From an uncultured Candidatus Saccharibacteria bacterium (GTDB taxonomy: Bacteria > Patescibacteriota > WWE3 > UBA101185 > UBA10185), in assembly GCA_964615625.1 (NCBI GenBank), contig CAZTQT010000001.1, forward strand, positions 12,438 to 76,437: DNA of 64,000 nt, read 5' to 3'. Below, in pieces: positions 58,540 through 64,000 of this stretch. The position numbers were made by a program, and so were the translations under genes. Under the pieces are notes generated by a model. That model saw only the letters and a program-made list of their open reading frames with translations, had not been told where the DNA came from and did not search any database. Position 1 is the first letter of the stretch. Each line of letters begins with the position of its first letter.

Positions 58540-59602
58540 CCAAAGGAAGATTTATTACCTTTGCGTTTTCCATATTTACAAAGTCACTTGTTGCTGTGCT
58601 TGTTATGGTTGTTTGTTTTCCTTCTATGCTTTCAATAACCGCCTTCTGGTGAGTATCGTCTAATTCAGAGAAAATGTCATCAAGTAGTAGTACAGGCCTG
58701 TCTCCTTTGTGTTTTTCAATATATTCAATCTCTCCTATTTTTAAAGCTAATACACAGCTTCTTTGTTCTCCTCTAGATCCAAAGTTAGATACATTATGGT
58801 CATTAAAAATAATTTCAAAATCGTCTCTATGTGGGCCTACTAAAGTTGTCATTGCACCAATTTCCCTTTGCTCATATTCTTGTAATCTTTGGTGATTTAT
58901 CTCGTTTTTCTTATATATTATTTTTACTTCTGTATTATTACCGTTTAGTACAAGACCGTTTTCAAAAACTACTGGGTTTATTTCTTCAAACATCCTTTCA
59001 CGTTTTTGCTGTATTCTGGTACCGTTTTCAAGTATTTGGTTTGTATAGAAACCTATTTCATCTTGTCCACCAAGGCCTTTGTTTATTTTTTCTAACAATT
59101 TATTTCTATGTCTCACAGCCTTAACATAATCGTTTAAACTTTTTTTATAGTCTTTATCTGTTTGAGACAACATATCATCCATATATCTTCTTCTTTCAGA
59201 TGGGGATCCTGTTATTAGTTGTATATCCTGCGGGGAAAAAAGCACGGAGTTAAATATTCCCGTAAAGTATTGGATACTTTTTACTACTTTATTAATCTTT
59301 GCTTTTTTAATAGACGCGTTTTCAAACTTTTCACTTTTTATTATCTGTAGCTCCATGTTAAAAGAATCATTATTTGTTTCTATATCGGCATTTATGGTGC
59401 AAAAATCTTTCCCGTACTGTATTAAATCTTTATCATATCTCGAGGATTTTGCTCTTCCTGTAGAGAGTGCGTGTATAGATTCAAGTATTGTGGATTTACC
59501 GGATCCGTTTCCTCCAATTATCATGGTTAGGTTTTTATCAAACCCTATCTCTAAATTTTCATGATTTCTTACATTGGTAAGTTTTAAGTTTAGTATTTTC
59601 AT
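58535..59602 (-). CDS. recF: DNA replication and repair protein RecF
   Basis: GGNGSGKST Walker A; signature and Walker B LLLDDIFSELD. Confidence 0.85.
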   Translation of the reverse strand: MKILNLKLTNVRNHENLEIGFDKNLTMIIGGNGSGKSTILESIHALSTGRAKSSRYDKDLIQYGKDFCTINADIETNNDSFNMELQIIKSEKFENASIKKAKINKVVKSIQYFTGIFNSVLFSPQDIQLITGSPSERRRYMDDMLSQTDKDYKKSLNDYVKAVRHRNKLLEKINKGLGGQDEIGFYTNQILENGTRIQQKRERMFEEINPVVFENGLVLNGNNTEVKIIYKKNEINHQRLQEYEQREIGAMTTLVGPHRDDFEIIFNDHNVSNFGSRGEQRSCVLALKIGEIEYIEKHKGDRPVLLLDDIFSELDDTHQKAVIESIEGKQTTITSTATSDFVNMENAKVINLPLE

Positions 59603-59605
59603 TTT

Positions 59606-60487
59606 TTAAAGAAGTTGTCTTTGCCTTTCATTTATTTTTACTTTTTTCAACGACTCTTTTTTGTATGGCTGACAGATAGGGCAGTAGTAAGTCCCTCTTC
59701 CATTTATTTTCTCAAAAATAGTTTTAGCACCGCAGCTTGGGCATTTATCTTTCCCATAAATTTTAAAATAATTTTGCTGGTTTCCGCTGTTGCCAAATAT
59801 ATCAACATACATTTTGTCCGGTAGAGTAGATCCCCTGTTTTTTATACCTTCGTTTAAAATTTCCCTAGATTTTTCTAGCAAAATTTCACTTTCATTTAAA
59901 TTTATAGATTGTGTGGATGTTTTTGGATTTATTTTTGCAAGGAACAGAGCGTCAGTTGCATATATATTTCCAAGACCAGATATAATACTCTGATCCAATA
60001 GTACGTTTTTTATATTTGTTTTTTTAGAATGAATAGCCTTTAAAAAATCTTCAGGAGTTATTTTTTTATTAAGAACACTTAGCCCATATTTATTTTCCAA
60101 ATCTCTTACACCAGCTTCATCTAATACATTTATTTTTCCAAATTGTCGCATATCACAAAACTTCAAATATTTTTTATCATCATTTTTTGCTATTTCAAAC
60201 ACAATTTTTACCCAATTATCCTTTCTATCCTTATCAGACGTTAATAAGATTCTACCAGTCATCGCTAAGTGAAAGGTTAAAAAGCCATTTTCTGATAGTT
60301 TTATGACTATGTTTTTTGCAATTCTTTTAACTTCTACAAATTTTTTGTTTAAGAGTGAGGGGAGTTTCTTTTTTACTGATTCTGGTATCTTATAGTTCTT
60401 AGTTATTTTAATATTTTTAATCTCGTAACCAATGATATTATTGTTTAAATCGTTTGCTATTGTATGTACTTCTGGTAGTTCAGGCAT
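59606..60487 (-). CDS. mutM: Formamidopyrimidine-DNA glycosylase
   Basis: MPELPEV N-terminus (Pro2, Glu3), H2TH, C-terminal zinc finger CPSCG...CPICQ. Confidence 0.85.
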   Translation of the reverse strand: MPELPEVHTIANDLNNNIIGYEIKNIKITKNYKIPESVKKKLPSLLNKKFVEVKRIAKNIVIKLSENGFLTFHLAMTGRILLTSDKDRKDNWVKIVFEIAKNDDKKYLKFCDMRQFGKINVLDEAGVRDLENKYGLSVLNKKITPEDFLKAIHSKKTNIKNVLLDQSIISGLGNIYATDALFLAKINPKTSTQSINLNESEILLEKSREILNEGIKNRGSTLPDKMYVDIFGNSGNQQNYFKIYGKDKCPSCGAKTIFEKINGRGTYYCPICQPYKKESLKKVKINERQRQLL

Positions 60488-61622
60488 CTCTATTGTGTTC
60501 TTCCCATTTCTCTCTTACAAACTCTTTAAGCTCGGATTGAAACCTCTCTTTTGAAAATCTTTGAGCGTGGTTTTTTATTTTCTCGTGGTCAAACTTTTTA
60601 TTTTTTATCATTTGATCAAACTCTAGTAATTTTTCTGATAAACATTCAACAGTACCTTCTTCAAAGAATAAACCTGTCTCACCTTCTATTATTGTTTCTA
60701 AATGACCGCCAGATTTGTGAGCTAGTACAGGTTTTCCATGTGCCATTGCTTCTATAGGAACAATTCCAAAATCTTCATCAACAACAGGGTTTATTAAGCC
60801 TAGACAATTTTCCAAAAGCTCATGTTTTTCCTTATCATCAACTCTTCCTTTAAAAATTATATTTTCTCCTGCCATAGCTTTTAATTTTTCTTCTTCAAGC
60901 CCTGTTCCAACCATCACTAGTGGGTATTTAATTTTATTGAAAGTTTCTATCAAAAGATCAAAATTTTTATACTTTGACATTCTACCTACCGCCATAAAAT
61001 AAGGCGTTTCCAGTTTTTTCATGTTGTTACTCATCTCAAAATTAATTTCTACAGGTGGGTATATTATTGTTGCATCACGCCCGTAAAATTTCTTTATTCT
61101 TTTTTTAGTTGTTTCAGAATTTGTAATTATGTAATCAGGTCTTTGTGCAGCAGAGTAGTCCCACAATCTTAAAAAATTTACAAGATAGCTATAAAGAGGC
61201 TTAAGAATTGGTTTTTGCCATTTTGTTGTTTCTTGAGAATATTTGTACAAAAATCTTGGGGGAGTGTGTATGTATGTAAAATGTAATTGATTGGGTTTTG
61301 TAATGATCCCCTTGTTCCAAGTAGTTCCGCTGGAAATTATTATGTCGTAGTCTCTAAAATCAAAATCCTCAAAAATAGTAGGCATCCTTAACAAAAAGAA
61401 AAGTTTTTCAGAGATTTTACTAAAGATTCCTTTGGGATATATAATTTCCCTTTTTGTTATTGTTTCAGGCATTTTGCTAGAATCATACTTGGCTGTATAT
61501 ATTGGGGATTCTGGAAAAATCTCAGCTATAGCTTCTATTGTTTTTTCTGCCCCTCCAAATTGAGATAAAAACTCGTGGGCCAACGCTACTTTTGGTTCTT
61601 TCATATTTGTATTATATATCAT
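60480..61622 (-). CDS. Family-4 glycosyltransferase
   Basis: GT-B C-terminal motif GLINPVVDEDFGIVPIEAMAHGKPV (EX7E). Confidence 0.75.
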   Translation of the reverse strand: MIYNTNMKEPKVALAHEFLSQFGGAEKTIEAIAEIFPESPIYTAKYDSSKMPETITKREIIYPKGIFSKISEKLFFLLRMPTIFEDFDFRDYDIIISSGTTWNKGIITKPNQLHFTYIHTPPRFLYKYSQETTKWQKPILKPLYSYLVNFLRLWDYSAAQRPDYIITNSETTKKRIKKFYGRDATIIYPPVEINFEMSNNMKKLETPYFMAVGRMSKYKNFDLLIETFNKIKYPLVMVGTGLEEEKLKAMAGENIIFKGRVDDKEKHELLENCLGLINPVVDEDFGIVPIEAMAHGKPVLAHKSGGHLETIIEGETGLFFEEGTVECLSEKLLEFDQMIKNKKFDHEKIKNHAQRFSKERFQSELKEFVREKWEEHNRDA

Positions 61623-61654
61623 TTAAATTATTACATGGGTTTCGGTAAATATAT

Positions 61655-62203
61655 GTGAAAACTATTGACATGAAAATTAAATTATGGGTTCATTTAAGTA
61701 TGAAGAAGAGTTTTTTAATTCCACTAATTATCATCTTGGTATTTGCTGGTATCCCTACTGCTTTTTGGTTTCTTTCTTCTAAGGAAAATGTTGATGAAAA
61801 TGTTCAGGGAGTAAGGTCCGGATCTACAGGAGTTGTATTAAAGATAGTTTCAAACGGCGGTGCTTGGGATATGTTCAAATACGTTTGTGAGAGCAAGGAA
61901 AAATGTTTAGAAAGTTTGGAATCTGGAAAAAAACTAGATGTTACAAGTGGCGGTGGTATAGAAGAGCAATCCGTTGCTATTAAATACACACATGAAATGG
62001 AATCTCAGGAATTTATGAAAATATTTGTAAAGCCGGGGTGGGGAACTGTTGAAAGAGCTTTTAATGTAAGTTTAGATTTAGATGCATCTGACGTTTCTAT
62101 TGAAAAAATGAATGTTGGGAATAACGATTTTTATATTATTTTAATACCCATGAAATATTTGCACTCAGAAGTTTTTGATTTAGCAACTTTTGTAGATTAT
62201 TAA
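61655..62203 (+). CDS. Secreted or membrane-anchored hypothetical protein
   Basis: N-terminal signal anchor; no motifs. Confidence 0.35.
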   Translation: MKTIDMKIKLWVHLSMKKSFLIPLIIILVFAGIPTAFWFLSSKENVDENVQGVRSGSTGVVLKIVSNGGAWDMFKYVCESKEKCLESLESGKKLDVTSGGGIEEQSVAIKYTHEMESQEFMKIFVKPGWGTVERAFNVSLDLDASDVSIEKMNVGNNDFYIILIPMKYLHSEVFDLATFVDY

Positions 62204-62254
62204 ACACACAAAGTTATTTAATTTAACTCTTAAATAATTTATCATTCTAAGTGT

Positions 62255-62746
62255 ATGCAAGTCATTGCCCGAAACTCAAAACTATGGAGTTACATGGCTC
62301 CTGAGATAAGAGATTTAGTAGAGGATGGGGAGATCATACTCAATTTTGTTTATGAGAATAAACAAAAATCGGATATATCAGATTATTCCTTTATAGTGTT
62401 TCCTTTTGCAAAAGCCTACGAGGGTTTTTTGAAGAGATTTTTCTGGGATGTTGGTCTCATTTCTGAAGATGAATACTACGGAGACGAGATAAGAATAGGT
62501 AGGCTTCTTAACCCAAGCTACGATGGTAATTCAAGTATATACAACAAAGTGTGTAAGGGATCAAAAGGTGGTAAAAATGTTGCCCAGCGTTTATGGGATG
62601 CGTGGAAAAGAGGGAGAAATTCTGTCTTTCATTATTTTCCCCACAATTTTAGAAAACTTGAATACAACGAGGCTTTAGACATTATAAATGACCTAATAAA
62701 TGCTATGGCAGAGGTGGTTTCTGTTTGTTTGGATAATAAAAAGTAG
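62255..62746 (+). CDS. Hypothetical protein with a candidate HEPN Rx4H motif
   Basis: RNSVFH near the C-terminal third of a 163-aa predicted helical protein. Confidence 0.4.
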   Translation: MQVIARNSKLWSYMAPEIRDLVEDGEIILNFVYENKQKSDISDYSFIVFPFAKAYEGFLKRFFWDVGLISEDEYYGDEIRIGRLLNPSYDGNSSIYNKVCKGSKGGKNVAQRLWDAWKRGRNSVFHYFPHNFRKLEYNEALDIINDLINAMAEVVSVCLDNKK

Positions 62747-62755
62747 AGAAGATTT

Positions 62756-64000
62756 TTAATTGTCGGTTGAAAAAGTTGCTTCCGTTATTTTTATTTTCTT
62801 GGTATTTCTTCCTTGCGTGTTGACCCCAACTGCAGCGTGTCTTTCTTGTTCCATATTACCGTCCAAGGTTTGTAATCTAAATAAAAGTTTTGTTATACCT
62901 TCTTTTTGTATTTTAAACGGAACTGTGTACTTATCCCAACTTTGTCTCTCATCAGTGGAGTACAATATAAAATCTATATCTTGATTACTACCTGAGGTAA
63001 GAAATTTTATTGTTGGAAATTCTGTATACCAACCATTTTCACTTGATCCTGTGATCTCCACATTAGTTTCCGGAATGTTCTTATCAGCAAGTACAGCAAA
63101 TCTGCTTAAGTGATTTATTGTAGTTGATATTACGTTGTTTATCTTATCAAAAGTTCCTGCTTCCTCTTTCCAAATATTAAGTATTTCATCAAAAAAGTAT
63201 ATTTTTAAGCTATCAACATCTATCCCGATTAAGTGTTTGGGATCTATTTTTATAGATATTTTTAATGGGTTTTCAAATTCAGAAATTTTATTTCCTAGTT
63301 GGTCATATACCTCAGCAATAAAAGATGTTTTTGGTATATACCTCTTTAATAAAAAGCTCTCTTCGTTTGGGTTTACATATGGGTAAATTTTGGCCACAAA
63401 ATTATTAACACTTTTGGGAAATGTAATAGTTTTATTATCTAGTACTAACTCATTCCCGTCTTGAGATGGTGTACCCGAAGATATAATTTCTGAAACCTCA
63501 TTGATAGAGTGTTTCCATAAGTAAGAACTTTCAGTGCCTTTGTGGTTTCCAAGATTATCCTCCCAAGAGAAACTTTCCCACGGATCATTGTTATTTATAT
63601 CCTGCCAACCAAAAGGATCCGTCCTGCCATTTGGGAATTCATCCAAAAAACTGTTATTTGAGTTAGTGTCTTTTGTTACTTCAAAGTGTAAGTGCGGCCC
63701 TGTCGTTCTACCTGTCAATCCGACTTTTCCTATAGCATCGCCATCGTTAACAGAAACACTCCCTGTTTTAGTTATTAAACCGTCTTCTTGTAAGTGCATG
63801 TATGTAGTTTGATAACCGTTTTGATGGTCTATTTTTATTGAATGTCCACAGTCGGTGCAATAATAGTAAGAAGCTACTCCAGAAGCTGGGGCTTTTATTT
63901 TGGATCCGTAGTTTAACCCAAAATCTATCCCACTATGAGAACTGTAGTATATGTTTGGTTCCTTACCCTTAATTCCAAGAAAATTTAGTGTAGTTGATTT
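62756..64000 (-). CDS. M23/LytM-family peptidase with a long C-terminal extension. The N-terminus runs off the window end.
   Basis: My own translation of 63800-64000 continues the frame: HSGIDFG...HSIKIDHQNGYQTTYMHLQ, then GPHLHFEV (HxH motif). Confidence 0.75.
   Translation of the reverse strand, partial: KSTTLNFLGIKGKEPNIYYSSHSGIDFGLNYGSKIKAPASGVASYYYCTDCGHSIKIDHQNGYQTTYMHLQEDGLITKTGSVSVNDGDAIGKVGLTGRTTGPHLHFEVTKDTNSNNSFLDEFPNGRTDPFGWQDINNNDPWESFSWEDNLGNHKGTESSYLWKHSINEVSEIISSGTPSQDGNELVLDNKTITFPKSVNNFVAKIYPYVNPNEESFLLKRYIPKTSFIAEVYDQLGNKISEFENPLKISIKIDPKHLIGIDVDSLKIYFFDEILNIWKEEAGTFDKINNVISTTINHLSRFAVLADKNIPETNVEITGSSENGWYTEFPTIKFLTSGSNQDIDFILYSTDERQSWDKYTVPFKIQKEGITKLLFRLQTLDGNMEQERHAAVGVNTQGRNTKKIKITEATFSTDN

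Noticed and set aside
1-64000. CRISPR arrays, IS elements, integrases, rRNA or tRNA genes
   Set aside because: Scanning of the intergenic regions found no repeat-spacer periodicity, transposase-like ORF, long direct repeats or rRNA-like blocks.

Overview
This is a low-GC, gene-dense bacterial chromosome segment, about 90% coding. The first ~25 kb is strongly minus-strand biased. The window opens inside dnaA (minus strand, 5' end at 1139), with two inverted DnaA boxes just upstream. The core genome includes the hrcA-grpE-dnaK operon, lepA, murJ, rpsT, a tpiA/pgk/gap/trxA glycolytic block, metG, nth, split transketolase, rpe, rpiB, lgt, recF and mutM. Many genes are shortened or split (324-aa Pgk, two-piece Tkt, 473-aa MetG), and there are FemAB paralogs, a sortase, PilN/PilO-like proteins and an ATP-dependent DNA ligase. 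The overall style resembles a reduced Candidate-Phyla-Radiation/Patescibacteria-like monoderm genome; this is inference from gene content only. No rRNA, tRNA, CRISPR array or transposase was recognised. The unusual content is as follows. (1) Next to dnaA there is an operon encoding an N-terminally membrane-anchored HerA/FtsK-superfamily P-loop ATPase, a PilM/FtsA-like actin-fold ATPase and a large bitopic membrane protein. (2) An 865-aa protein with a complete protein-kinase-like catalytic motif set lies in an operon with three small unknown proteins; one of them is a translationally coupled 58-aa ORF. (3) A truncated aldehyde:ferredoxin-oxidoreductase (AOR) homolog and a small ferredoxin sit between pgk and tpiA. 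(4) A sortase lies beside a small surface protein, and an S8 protease elsewhere, each ending in an ETG-type sorting signal. (5) There is a candidate HEPN-motif protein. (6) A UvrD-type helicase is fused to a RecB/Cas4-like nuclease and lies next to rmuC.
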